Assembly (NCBI GenBank): GCA_001938485.1
Contig: MQRK01193516.1
Coordinates: forward strand, 1-61,373
From: Girardia tigrina
Taxonomy: Eukaryota
DNA: 61,373 bases
Reading direction: 5' to 3'
Numbering within the stretch: the first letter of the stretch is position 1; every line of letters begins with the position of its first letter. The notes under the pieces were generated by a model. The model was not told the DNA's origin. It worked only from the letters and a program-made list of their open reading frames with translations, and made no database searches. Made by a program: the position numbers and the translations under genes. Positions 28,401 to 42,500 of the stretch are shown here, piece after piece.

Positions 28401-31400
28401 TCAGCAATATTTATCAAATTATTTAATAATATTTATATTTATTATTTTATTTATATGTCTGCATAAAATGAGAAAAGTTTAACAAGAAATAGAGACGACA
28501 ATCTTCTTAGTGTTAAGCAACGCATGTGAAATACTCACCGATTATTATCTGATAAAATTGACACTCGTACGTGCAAATGTTGAGAATTGATAATCACATG
28601 CGTATTGTTTAGCACATTTTATATACACTATGTACACTTCAAAAAATACAATTCATTTATGAGCTCATTCTTTTTACTTATACTTCTTACTAATTCATCT
28701 TTTACACTCGATCTCCATTATTCAGTTTATACATCACAGTCCTCAAACATCCTCCTGATTGTGTAATTCATCTAACTTTTTAATACAACTATTGATATGA
28801 TCCTTAAAACAATAGTACATATCTAGTGGAAAAACAGAAAAAAATCATTGTCTTTTTGGGAAGAAATCTGATATTTATGCTGTATCTTCTTCAGCACCCC
28901 ATTCTTGATAAATTGTTCTATACTGGTCATTACTCGTTTTGCTACTTGTAATATTACAGGAGTTTTCCGTTTAAAGGTCCACCCCGAGCGACAATATTGG
29001 AAAAAAAATAAAAATTATTTTAAGTTAATTAAAATAACTAAGTCAATAAATTTAAAACAAATTATTTACATATATATGAACCATTTATATAATTTTAGGG
29101 TTTACAATTTGAATAAAAATGTATCATCTAGAAATTTTGAAAAACAAAGAAATTTATTTTAATTTTTGATTAATCAGAATTTTTTTCAAATTGAAAAAAA
29201 TGTTATTTTGAATTTTTTTTGGAAATTAAAAGGTATATGCAGGGGAAAGTCAGACATCCATCTCAGAAAAGACAGCAGTTGATAAGAGAGAAGAGGAAAG
29301 AGAAACCCCCAGAATAAATCCCAACAGATTACAAAATTCAACCTTCCTACCAGAAGATTGTTGAAATGGTTGCTTCTGCTTTTAGCCCTGTTCAGACTCA
29401 GTCAATTAAATGTGCGTATGAATGCTTTGACGTTGCTGCGAATAAACAGAAAGAGCCCATGAATATGCTTAATCAAAGTGATGGCGTATTCTAGTTGATA
29501 AAACTGTTATTGGTATCACTTTAACTGAAGATGTTGAAAATGATGAATTTGAAATTAAAGTATTAATTGCAGGCGATATTCAGTCGAATTATAATGACAA
29601 TGAGTCTGATTTTGACGATAGTGATTATGAATAATTTCTTTTTAAAATGTCATTTATGTTGTTTTATGCACATTTTGTACTGTACCACACGAAATCCTAT
29701 TCGACACTAATAAATAATATATTTCGAGAATATATCATATTTTGTATTTTCATTGTCTTGTGAACACTTTCTTAATAAAAGCCGATGTCCAAATAAAAGT
29801 CTATATGCTTCCATTTGGGTACAGTTTGAGAGGGTCAAACTAAATAACATTCCATGAACCCTATGGAAAATTCTGAAGGCCGAAAACAAACGATAACCTA
29901 GCAACAGCAGTGATCCCTTCTTCTTTGGTCCAAGGAGAAAATAAGCTAAACAACAGGATGATCATGCGATCGCAAAAATCAGGTATCATATACTTTTCTG
30001 AGATCAAAAATATTTTCACGTCAAACGTTTAAAATAAAAAGATATACGAAATAACATTGTATTTGACCAGGACCGCAGTATTATTTTTGTTCATTGATTT
30101 TGTATTTAACGTTTTTTTACTATATATAATAATTTACAAGGTTTTTCATAATATTTAATCCGCTTATTAAAATATTTAATTTTAAAAATCAAAAAAAATT
30201 TAATTTTTTTTTAAAAATGTCTTAAAGTAAAATAAAATAATGTTTTAAAGCTATCAAATTTATTCAAATTCTTCTGATCTTAAAGCTTTTGCTAAAAAGC
30301 GTTGCATATGATTAACAAATCTGTGAGGAATATTTTAAATTGTTTGAATGTGTAAATGTATTGATGATGTATGTTGATTTAAGTATGTTGAATTTAGAAT
30401 GGTGATTCTCCCACCCAGATGGAAATTGGTATTTTTTTATTAAATTTAAAGGAATGACTATTCGAACATAATTAAAGTAATCATTTGATAAGTTCATATC
30501 TTTAATTTCAGAATTAAAATTAAGTTTAATATTTTTTAGTAAAATTTAAATTAAATGTATTTTAAATAATTTGATGTCATTTTTATTATTTTGGGATTTA
30601 TTGAGAAATGGTAAAATTTATTATTTTTAATTAATATTTTTTAGAGGTTAAATATTTTAAAAAATAACTTATAAAATTGTTCGAATAATCATGATTAAAA
30701 ACAAAAATAAGAAAACCAATTAGAACGATGGTAAAAGATGAAAGACCTTCTGAGAGTTTTAATGACTCTAAATGTAATTGCAATAAAGATTCAAACGAGA
30801 CTTGTTTAAATGTTCTTAATAAAAAATCCTTGACAATCTTCAGCTGTGACTTGTGAATGGGTAGAAATAATGGCTGTAATTAATTCATCTGGATTTCTAC
30901 AATTTAGGCTTTTGATCAAAAGTTTCCACTTAGAAAAAAATTCTTCGATAGGATTGAGTTGCGGACTGTAGAGCGGTAAAAATAATAATTGATACCCGGC
31001 TTGTTCAATCTTTTGTCTTACTTCAATAACTTTATGCATCGGACAGTTATTCATAATTAGTATTCTGTTTGTAAGGTTTAACTGTTGTAATTTATTTAAC
31101 ACCGTTTCAATAAACTCAGCATATAGTTCTCCATTATAAGCTCGATCTTTGCATTCATAATGAAATAACCCTCTGGATGTTAACACGGCAGAAATCGAAT
31201 AGTTTTTTGACCTAATTGATCTTACCGCTTTCCTTGGTAAGGTTCCAATCAAACTACGGCCGAAATTAACACCCGTTTCGTCTAAAAACATCACATTTTC
31301 TGCTGGTAATTCCATGTAAGCAGACGCAAATTCTCTTCTTTTTATTATATTCTCTTCTCTATTTCTTGCCTCTGGTATTAAGGCTATTCTTTTGAAACTA

Positions 31401-33356
31401 TATTGAAGTTTTTTAATTGCTCTTTGAATAGTTGAAATAGAAACCATGCATCCTTTTTCATTGAAAAGCCTTTGTTTTATTGTTTCTAGAGTTATCGATA
31501 GTTCTTCATCAATACAATTTCTTATGAATTGGACGACTTCGGCTGTTAAAATTGTTTTTCGTCCTGATTTTTTTCTTTTCGTTGCATATTCGGCCAGTGT
31601 TTTTGTATATCCTAATTACGGATGAAACAGTCTTGACACTTAGCTCAAGTTCAGTTGCAATGTGAATGTTTGATTTTCCGTTTTCATATTTAGTGCAAAT
31701 TAACTGACGCCCTTGGTTCGATAATCGGATTTTTCTAACCATTTTAGGATTGCTATAAAAAACTTTATTAATCTATTATAAAATAGAAATGAGTTATACA
31801 AAATTATTTAGTAAATGGATTATTTATTAATTTTTGATTATTTAAAAAAAAATTTTTTTTAAATATTTTGAGAAAAGGATTAAATATTTTAATAAGCGGA
31901 TTAAATATTATGAAAACCACTGTATATTTATTTATAAATGTATGCGTGATAATTTTTTATTTAGTTATTTGTACTTTTATTTTTTGTCAAGTATGTGCAC
32001 ATGAATCGAAATACATGAAATTAAGAAAGATCAATAAAAAATATTACTCATAAAATAATAAAAAATTAACGATCGCTGGAAAAAAGTAGATTGAGACCAA
32101 AGAAAATATTCGTTCCTTTCATTTCATATCAGATGTAGAATCATACATAACACTAGTTTAAAATTGTTTTTAAAAAATAATTTAAATTATTTTTTAAAAT
32201 GTAATCCTAGCACATATTTCGATGTTTTCTTACATCACTACCACAATTTTTTTAGAAACCTTTTAAAAATATTATAAATAAATTGGAACCATTTTTGAAA
32301 ACTACTAAATTTGGATGCAATATTCTGGGGACATCTGAGAAAAATATTTACACAAACAAGCAAATAGAAAACAATATTCCGGTATCATTGGACAAATTAT
32401 ATACACATACCGCCGTGCATGGTTTAAGAAAGAATCACACGAAGAAAACAGTAAAAAAATGCTTAGAATACCCTATGCTGAAAGGCTTTTAGAACAATAA
32501 AGAGGAATATTTATAAAAGTAAATGTAGTGTTAAGATTGATTTATTAAACACCAAAGTACTAAGTTTCCTATCAAGTATATCAAAAACGGTATATGCATG
32601 CATGTTGTTTTAGAATATAAATGTAATTGCTACGGATGTCAAAACTCGTACATTACATTGGAGAAACCAGTCATCATCTCAAAACCCGGATTATTGAGCA
32701 CTCACAATCGAGTCAGTCGATCGAGTAATGACTTTGATCGCTCGTTGTGTTGTAAGAATAGAACCATTTCTATTTCAAAAGATGAGTTTTCTTTTCTAAA
32801 AATGGTTTCGATTCCCATTATAAAAGACCGTTCTATATGTCTATTGATAACTACAACCTTTTAAATTAATATATTAACTAATTAACAAATTTAATTTTAT
32901 TATTGTACAATTTAATGATATTTTATTCTAATTAATGTGTAAACGCATAAACCAAAGCTGAGAAAAGGGACTACAAGTAGGAAACTGAGTTAAGAGTGCC
33001 ACGTTGTAGGTATCATAATAGTTAACAACTGTGCAAAAAATCGTGCTGATATTCCATCATTTGACTCTTCTACAGATATTACAATGGACATATTCGTAAA
33101 AAACTCATTTTTCAAAAAACGCGAATTGAAACATTCTGTTTATTAAAAGCACTGCTACATACACAAATTGAAGTTGGTAGTTAAGGCCTATAAATAGGTC
33201 AAAACAATAAATGATGCATACTGTATCCAGGGGCATGGATTGACCTATTGAAATAGATAGAGAACTACTTTTGCCCCATTTTTGAACAATCCACTATTAC
33301 AGGCGATTTCTGGGCTTTCTGTGCAGCGACTTCTGGTCCATTTTCTCAGCTGCGGT

Positions 33357-33410
<54 letters not shown>

Positions 33411-33460
33411 NNNNNNNNNNNNNNNNNNNNNNNNNNNNNNNNNNNNNNNNNNNNNNNNNN

Positions 33461-33502
<42 letters not shown>

Positions 33503-36500
33503 CTCTTTCAAACAATAATCAAATAATAGAGACTAAAATTTAAAGTCCGATCCCTTTAGTTTTCAATTAATTAATTAACTTTTACTTATACTCCCAAGAA
33601 TTATCATAAAGTTGAGTTGCACAGTAAAATTGTGTTCCTTCTATCGGATTACTTGTATTTTATAATTAATTGATAAAATTGTCAGAACCCACTTCTCTTC
33701 AAGGTGATTCGGAACATTTTCATCTTATAACGGACTGTTCAAATAGAAATATTCGAAGGAATAAAACGTGGACAAAGTAATATGTTGATGAAAGACAGAG
33801 ATAATAATTGCAGACAAGCGTCAATGATTGAACGATAAGAGGGAATCTGCGACACGAAGAATCACATTACAGATCAATGTTATTCATCCGGATAGATCGA
33901 TTGATCAATACGTGCGCACTTGTAACAAGTGGCTGTGATTCAATCACTGGCGATTTCGGGATGTCTTTTTATAAGACTTGATCCGATATTATATCCATGC
34001 AGTTTAGTGATAATGCAGAAATAAGAATGTAATAACAGTCGTTGGAATTAACAAAAACACTAAAAACTATTTAAATGTAGATGTGCTATCTTGAAATTTC
34101 CATTTGTATTCCATTTTGCAAACATTTAATCTATAGAAGGAAATATATGATAAACAATATGCATGAATTTAATACTTAATAGAAGAATATAGAAACAGAA
34201 CATTGATATTTGTAAAAAGATCAGAAATAAGGTGCAAAATAATTGTAAAATAAAGATCTCTTCTAGTGCTGCTTCAAACCTTCATTAAGATGGAAGATGT
34301 GGGCCTTCCATCTCTTTCAATGGTATTGAACCGTAGGCTCTTTAGAGGGTCCATCCCAACTAAAAAGCAATAGCAGCCCCCCGATAGACCTCCTACGAGG
34401 TTGTCAGCTTTCCGCTTAAGATATCTCTTCGGACCCCCAGTAAAAAACGACCAACCATGTTCGGATATTCCATGATTTAGCATTCCTTTGGCCGTACCCA
34501 TGGACTTTGAACAGCCAGCGAAGGGACAGTTAAAATTTCCTTTTTCAGATAAATCAGTTAAACGGAAATTTAACACTTCTAAGGAGATCGTTTCCGAGAG
34601 ATTCGTTGAAACATTCGTATCGATGGTCCGTACCTGAATACAGCTTGTAATTGATGGATTGTCTTCCTTCTTCCTGATATCGCCGATCAATTTTAACCCA
34701 CCACACAAGTCGTCATCACAACAGTCACCTGCTTTTCTTCTTTGATGCTTCTGTTGGATTTGATTGGATTGATTTGCTTTTTCTGTATGATCTGTCTTGA
34801 AGTGTCTGGTCAGCCACCCTATTGATACATAGCTCCTGGAGTAGTACTGATATGGATAAAGTTTCTGCTTGTCCGGAGCCATTTCATGATCCATTTTGAT
34901 AAGTCTATTGAGCTCCTTTTGTTCTGCAAAGGTCTTCTTGCAAAGCTCGTAGTGACATTTGACCATTTGCCTTCTCGGTTTGATCAGTTTCGGCAGATCT
35001 TCGGTCTTCCTCCCTACGATACTCCTTTTGCGGCTTTGTAAGATGGTACAAACTTCGATCAGATTAAACAAGATTAAAAGAAATTCTTCTCCAATTCAAT
35101 ACATCAAACCTAGGTGTACCTTAAATACGAGAAGTGAGACACTTTTCCTAGCATTGCATTTGTTTGAGAATCAGAAAATGGGATATTATATCGCAGACTC
35201 TTGAAACTGAATGAGATGAAAACTAATATTAGACAGAAACAATCTCATTATCAACAATGCAACCTTCAAACCCAACATTCGATTGTTCAATTGTGATCCG
35301 GTAACAGATGATCATCAGTCCTACCAACGAAAATCATTCTCCAAATTTGTGTCAGAACATTGATATGATCATTTAATCACTTAAGTATGGATCATCATTC
35401 CAATATTATTATTCCAAAGATGTATGACGCGTTCAAAAGGTTCCAGTTTGGTTTCATGATGTGTCAAGTGTGTCGCCAGTAGATTTATTCTTTAATTCAT
35501 GATACTAATCGTAATCCACTTATTGGAGTACATCACCAACCTCACAAGATTATTTTCAAGAATACTGGAAAAAATCATCAATATTGTGTGTTAGGGAATA
35601 AATTTGAAGCTAAAATTTTTGATGTAGTAAATTAATTTAAATGAATAATAATAATGTAAAATTCTTTAAGAAAATTTTATCATAATAATTAAGTTAAATA
35701 ATTAAATTATTTTTATGTATTGGGTTGACCAAAAAGTCATTGCGTTTTTGAGTAAAAAAAAAAGCTTGAAAATATAAAACGGTGTGATAAAATTTAAATT
35801 CTAATATATATTTGAAACCTTAATTTTCAGACTATGTTTATACAAAATATTAATTGATTTTGTTTTAATTTATTACTTTACCGTCAATTCGAAATGGAAA
35901 ATCAAAATGAGCATATTCATCATGTTTTGTTGCATTATTTTCGCAAAATGAAAACCGCTGTGCAAGCTCATAAGAAGATATGTTTTGTATATGGTAGTGA
36001 CTCCTTAAAACTTNGACAGTGTCAATACTGGTTTTCTAAATTTCGTTCTGAAAAATTTCATCTGAAAGATGCACCACGCTCCGGTCTACCAGTTGAAGTT
36101 GACGGCGACAAAATAACAGCACTGATCAAATCTAATCCACATATGACGACAAGAGAAGTTACAGAGACTCTGGAAATATCGAAATCAAGTGTTGGAAGTC
36201 ATTTAAAGAAACTTGGATTCGTCAGNNNNNNNNNNNNNNNNNNNNNNNNNNNNNNNNNNNNNNNNNNNNNNNNNNNNNNNNNNNNNNNNNNNNNNNNNNN
36301 NNNNNNNNNNNNNNNNNNNNNNNNNNNNNNNNNNNNNNNNNNNNNNNNNNNNNNNNNNNNNNNNNNNNNNNNNNNNNNNNNNNNNNNNNNNNNNNNNNNN
36401 NNNNNNNNNNNNNNNNNNNNNNNNNNNNNNNNNNNNNNNNNNNNNNNNNNNNNNNNNNNNNNNNNNNNNNNNNNNNNNNNNNNNNNNNNNNNNNNNNNNN

Positions 36501-39500
36501 NNNGTCTGGTGGGATTTTAAAGGAATTGTGTTTTTTGAACTCCTTCTGAGGAATGAAACCATCAATTCAGACAGATATTGTGGTCAGCTGGAGAAATTGG
36601 CTCATTCAATTCAACAGGAACGGCCTGAATTGGCAAATCGAAAAGGAGTTGTAATTCAGCATGATAACGCAAGACCGCATACAAGTTTGACCACTCGCCA
36701 GAAACTCTTATCACTGGGTTGGGAGGTTTTGCCGCACCCACCGTATTCTCCNNNNNNNNNNNNNNNNNNNNNNNNNNNNNNNNNNNNNNNNNNNNNNNNN
36801 NNNNNNNNNNNNNNNNNNNNNNNTGATGATGACATCAAATCGTTCCTAGACGGCTTTTTTGCCGACAAAGGCAAAGGTTTTTATGAATCAGGAATAATGA
36901 AGCTACCGGAAAGGTGGAAGAAAGTGATTGAAAATAATGGACAGTATATCGTGTAAATATATTTGTGCATCCATGTCATTTTTTGATAATCAATATTTTA
37001 TTAAAAAACGCAATGACTTTTTGGCCAACCCAATATATAAATATTTGTACTATATATGGTTGGTAATTTAAATAAATTGGTTCCTCCAAAAAATAACTGA
37101 ATCATATTAAAATAAAGAAATTGTTTTAATATTCAGAGGTTGGAAAAAAATTCAAAAAAGTGGAAAATTGTTTATTAAAATAAATTTTTACTAAAAAGTT
37201 ATTTCTTACTTTTTATTATGGAGTATTCGGCCGTTCCGAAAGAAGATAGCATTGTGTATACTGCCTCGAGAATTAAAAACACTCGAGTTTGTACTCTTGT
37301 CATTAAAATAATTTTAGCTCCCCTATTGCCAAGAACATTCTTGTGGCATTTTCTGATTTCGGAAAACCTCTGACTTTTAATAATACTTAGCTTTGGGATT
37401 TAATTAGCTTTTTCCAAGAATACTATGATATTGTGCGGGAGGTTACAAAACATTTCTCAATGCGCTTGCCTCCAATCCAATATCTTCATTCTCTTTGAGA
37501 AAACAAATACAAGTTATAAGAGTTATGGTTAACTTTCTCATCTAAATAATCTTCCTTATCAAAATTGTTGGAATAATGAAGCGTATGGTTTTGACAAATT
37601 CTCAATTTTATACAAGTTTATTCGCATTTAATTTATATTATTCAATTTCTTAAGCGTTATTTTTTTCGTAAACATATTAATGTTAACAAGGTATAAATAA
37701 TGTCTTCATCTAAATTTAAAATATAATAATATCATATTTATTATTATTATTAATATTATTTTAAATTAAAAATAACAAGCTATATTCCTGAAATCGTGAC
37801 AGTCAATCGCAAAGTCCAAAATCGGGTTCGAATAGTTTTTGGTCCAAACGCGATTACCACTGTCTGTGTTCCACATGACCAGGTCACCTCCACTGTACAG
37901 AATCAATATAAAATCAATTGATAATTCTCTATAATGTCGCGTCCAATGAAAATCTAGCAGAAATAAGTAAAGGCAGTATGAGGAAACAACATTGTACCCA
38001 TTATTTTTTTCCCCGAATAACAAAAATCTGAAAGAATCGTTGCGTAGGTCGCATCCCAAACGATAATTGTCCCTGAGACGTCCGCTGACGCCAATTTCAA
38101 CGAATACGGTTTCTTTAAATCGTGATAGAAATTCTCCGGAGCCCATTTCACCTGATTATTTGTTTATATTAAATAAATTTGTATTCATTCTTATAGCTCT
38201 TTGCCTTGTCTACACAATATTAACAACCAATATAGATATGAAGAGAGCGATACGCGTACATATTTGAAAAATGTAATAAAATGTATATATAAAATTTTTT
38301 AAGTATCATTAATAGAGGTGTACCGGTATCAGTTTGAAAGAACCGGCCAGTGCAAAAGCCAGAATCAGAATTTTGGCAAATCTTGCAGAAATCGAGCCCA
38401 TTTTGTAAAATTTGAACATTTTACAAAAAAGATAATTAAATTCCATACGGTATGCGGAGTGATAACATTGGTTATTAAGCGAAATTTTTGAATATAATGA
38501 CAGGAGAACAGAGCAACGATAAATTTATTAGACGAAATCGTACTTCTATGTTCCATTAGTCTTATGAGGAATATTTGGAATGTTGATGTTTTGTATGTTG
38601 TTTGAGTGTTGTATGTTGATTTGAATTTGTATCTCTCCTACTCAGATGGCTGATTAATATTTTAATTATTATTATCTGAACTAATTTATTAAATTTAGAT
38701 TTAATATTCCAATTTATTTTTAATTTTTTATGATTGTAAATTTTAAATGATTTTATTAATTTTATTTTTAAATTTGTAAATTATTAAATCAAATAGATAT
38801 TTTTAAATAATTAATAGTAATTTTATTTTAACCTATGACATTTGTAGTAAAGATCAGTGTTAATGTTCCTAACTGAACTAAAGACTCTTTCAGATGGAAC
38901 TCTTTCGGCTGATGTAAGGTAACCACGTATCATAGGCACTATTGAAGGTAGCCCTTGCTGGATAGATTTCCAACAGAAGAAATAGATTTCTAAAGAATTT
39001 GAAGAGACATTCTGTTAAATAAGTTGATAACAGTATCTACAATTGATGCTAATTTTTGGTTATCAAGTGGAGTGATTGGGATGATTTCATCCAAATTGAA
39101 CAGTAAACAGAGATGCACTGATTTGGGTTTACTGACTCCTTGTAACTATTGCCCTATTTTAATTGCAAGGCCTTGAAATGTATTTCACGAGACACAAATA
39201 AACTTACTTTATCATTAGCCAAACTATGCAAATAATCAATTTAACCCTTAAGAATACTGAAAATTATTTTTACAACATTTATTGTTACAAAAATGAGAGC
39301 TATCTTCGTTAGTGCTCTCGGAAGATCGTTCATAATTCTGCATTTACGTAAGCCAGCATCACAACTAATAAGTGTTACAGGCATATGATTGAAAAGAAAG
39401 AAAATAACATTGTAAGGAACATTTTTGAATGTTGTTTTAGGGTTGTGTTTCTCCCACCCAGATGGAAGATTGATATTTTAAATGTTTTTAAACGTCGGAT

Positions 39501-42500
39501 TATTTATTCAATTTAAAAATATAAATAACAACTTTAAAATTAAATAATATATTTAAATATTTTTTAATAATTACAATTATATTTTAATTTAAATTCTAAA
39601 TTATTTTGTAATTGATTTTGTAAATTAAATTGTAATTTAAATTTGATTGAATAATAAGACGTTTAGAAATAAAATGAAAAATTTATCAATCAAGCATGAT
39701 GACTAGCTACAAAGTTTGGTGGAGAATTGTCCTAGTGGCAATTCAAGTTGTTATATCAATAAAAGTATTGAAAATCCAATAAGTGTTCTTAATAAACATC
39801 ATGTTATCCACCAATTTCTCCATCACCAATCTTCTAATTTATTATTCTGTGAGTTGAATATAGCAATAATCTAGTAGACTCCAATTTATAAAATGGATTT
39901 TCCAAAAATATTATTCACATTTCTGAAAGTAAATGTTTCATTTTTAGTTCTCATTTTACCGCCACTCGTTTTTCATAAGGGCATGATTTCTAATTTTTGC
40001 GAAAATTAAGCAACAAAACGGCTGAATTGCGCGGGAAACAGTACTGGGGTAAAAAATTGGATGGATAGCTAGTTTTCCGAAACCGAACCCCTAATAATTA
40101 TAGATATATGTGAAACATTTACATACGAGAATGAAGAAGAAAATGAAAGATATTTTTTCATACATCCTTTAATTAACTCATAAATAAATTTAGTGACCTA
40201 ATGAAGATATAAAAATAATTACTTCTTAAAATAAATAATAAAAATCAGAAAACACAATATTGAGGCAAAAAACTGTAATTTTTATTAACAAGAAACGTGG
40301 ATTAATATTTCGTTTGTCCATGCAACCGGTCGACAATATTATTTATCTAATTTTTCGCTATCATATTCAAATTACCAAAAAAATGATTGAAAAATAAATT
40401 TTTGTATTAAATAATAATGTTTAATTATTTAATATGCACTTGATTCACTTTAACATATATAAACTATAATATATTTTGACAACTAAGTCATACACGCTTT
40501 TATTTATAAATGAATATGTAACTTATTATGTAACAGTTATAAAAAACTCCCAAGAAAGTAGTTTTAAGACTGTATGAACAATGATTTTGCTAAAACTGAA
40601 GAAAATATATTATCAATAAATTATGTTTTAAATTATGTTTACAATACATCGTTCAACATTTTATTACCCAACAAAATTCGATCCAAAAGTGCCTGAATTG
40701 CAATCATAAAGGATAATCCCAATGAAATATTCAATTGAAAGAAAAGTAATTCTTCGATTACTTATTCTGAATACAACCAATAAATGGAATGAATATGGAA
40801 ATCTAAATGATGGTTCAGAGAATTTTACACCAAACCTTCAAGAAAAGTCATTTACAGAAATGGAAACTTAAACCAGTGGTTTTCAACCTGTAAGAATATT
40901 GCTAAAGGGATGCTTGTGAGGAATATTTTAAATTTGGTATGTTGAATTTTGTATGCTGAGTTTAGTATTTGGAAATGTGTTTCTCCAACCCATATGGAAA
41001 ATTGATATTTTGGATGTTCACGATGCATAGTTATTCGAGTATAATTTGCATTTTAAATTACAGCATAAGATATTTAAAAAACTTTAAAAATATTAAATCG
41101 ATTCAAATTTTAATATTAAAAATTTAAATAAAGTAAACAACTTTTAACTAATTTTTAAATTAAATAAATGTTCGTTCTTTACATAAAATAATTTTTAAAT
41201 AAAATTAATACTAAAATTACAAAATTTGAACTTTAAAAATAAAATCTGAAAATAATGAAAAATTTGTTCGAATAATTTTTTGTTAAAAAACATTAACAAA
41301 AATTCATCAATTTAGAACGATGTCAAATTACGAAAGCTTTGCTGAGAGTTGTCCAAAAGACAATTCAAATTGTATTGAAAATAAATGTTCGAAAACCCAT
41401 GTTGGTGTTCTCAATAATGCTAAAATCATATTTCAATAATTAAAAAAAAATTTTGCTCGTGAAAATCAGACTGAAAACAAACGTTTTTGAGAACCGAAAA
41501 GCCATCGAAGGAAGATGATCGCGATCGAATTGTCAAAATCGTCGACTATCAGTGATCGAATCTCATCCAACAGCTTACTAAATGCATCGACAGTAACACC
41601 ATCAGAATGAACACAGTTGACACAGTGTACTATCACCAAATTCGACAAGTCCGATTGGAAAATTAAATTTGGTAATTTTCCAATTCATAAAGAGCGATTA
41701 ATTTTATCGAAAACTTTCTTGAAAATTTTAGTGGGAGTCACAAAAATAGTTAATTGTCAATAATAAGTGCAATTGATTTTTTTTGCAATTTTTCAGTGAA
41801 TTCAGAATAACAAAAAATAAATAAAACTATAAAATAACCGAGAAGAATTTTGGGAAAACTAAGATTCGCAAAAATTAAATTAATTATTAAAATGAAAAAA
41901 GAATCATTTTTGTTGAAGTCCGTCAATTAAAATAAAAAAAAACGTTTCTCAAAAAAATCAATTCAACAAAAATTGTTTAAATATGCACAAACTTGAAGTG
42001 ATTTTATTTGCAATTTTGATGGAAGAAAATTCAGACAGGTGCAATTTTTTTTCTTCATAAAAAAAGCAAAAAAAATAGAAAAAAAGATCAAGAAAAATAC
42101 AACAAAAAGAAAGGAAGATTCAGAAGGGTTGCACGAACAAAGAAAAGTGCTAAAAATCAAAATGTCATTACTAAAAAATTACTTTTGATGATGTAATAAC
42201 ATCCAATGGTCCATTTTCAAAAATGTTTAAATTATATTATTTATAAATAATTTGGTGTAACTATATTGATCAATATTGTAATAATAACAAAGGTAAGGTC
42301 GTGATTTTAATAAAAATACTTATTTATATTAAAGACAAAATTTTTTAAAAATCCAAAAGGTTTGGAAATCAATTTTTAATAAAAAAGTAGTGTTAAAAAT
42401 CTTAAAAATATAAAAAAATTCAATATACCCCCAAAAATTGTAGAAATATTTTCTTTCTGAACAAAATATTTAATTGATATTTACATCAGAAAATCGATTC

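Larger units (their letters stand above)
38313..40110 (-). mobile_element. Decayed hAT transposon containing two LTR insertions
   Basis: TIR-like TAGAGGTGTACCGG at 38313; dimerisation-domain-like VPSERVFSS at ~38870-38900; right boundary approximate. Confidence 0.5.

Noticed and set aside
29250-29640. Possible pogo-type transposase C-terminus
   Set aside because: Too decayed and no termini found; not enough support to list as a feature.
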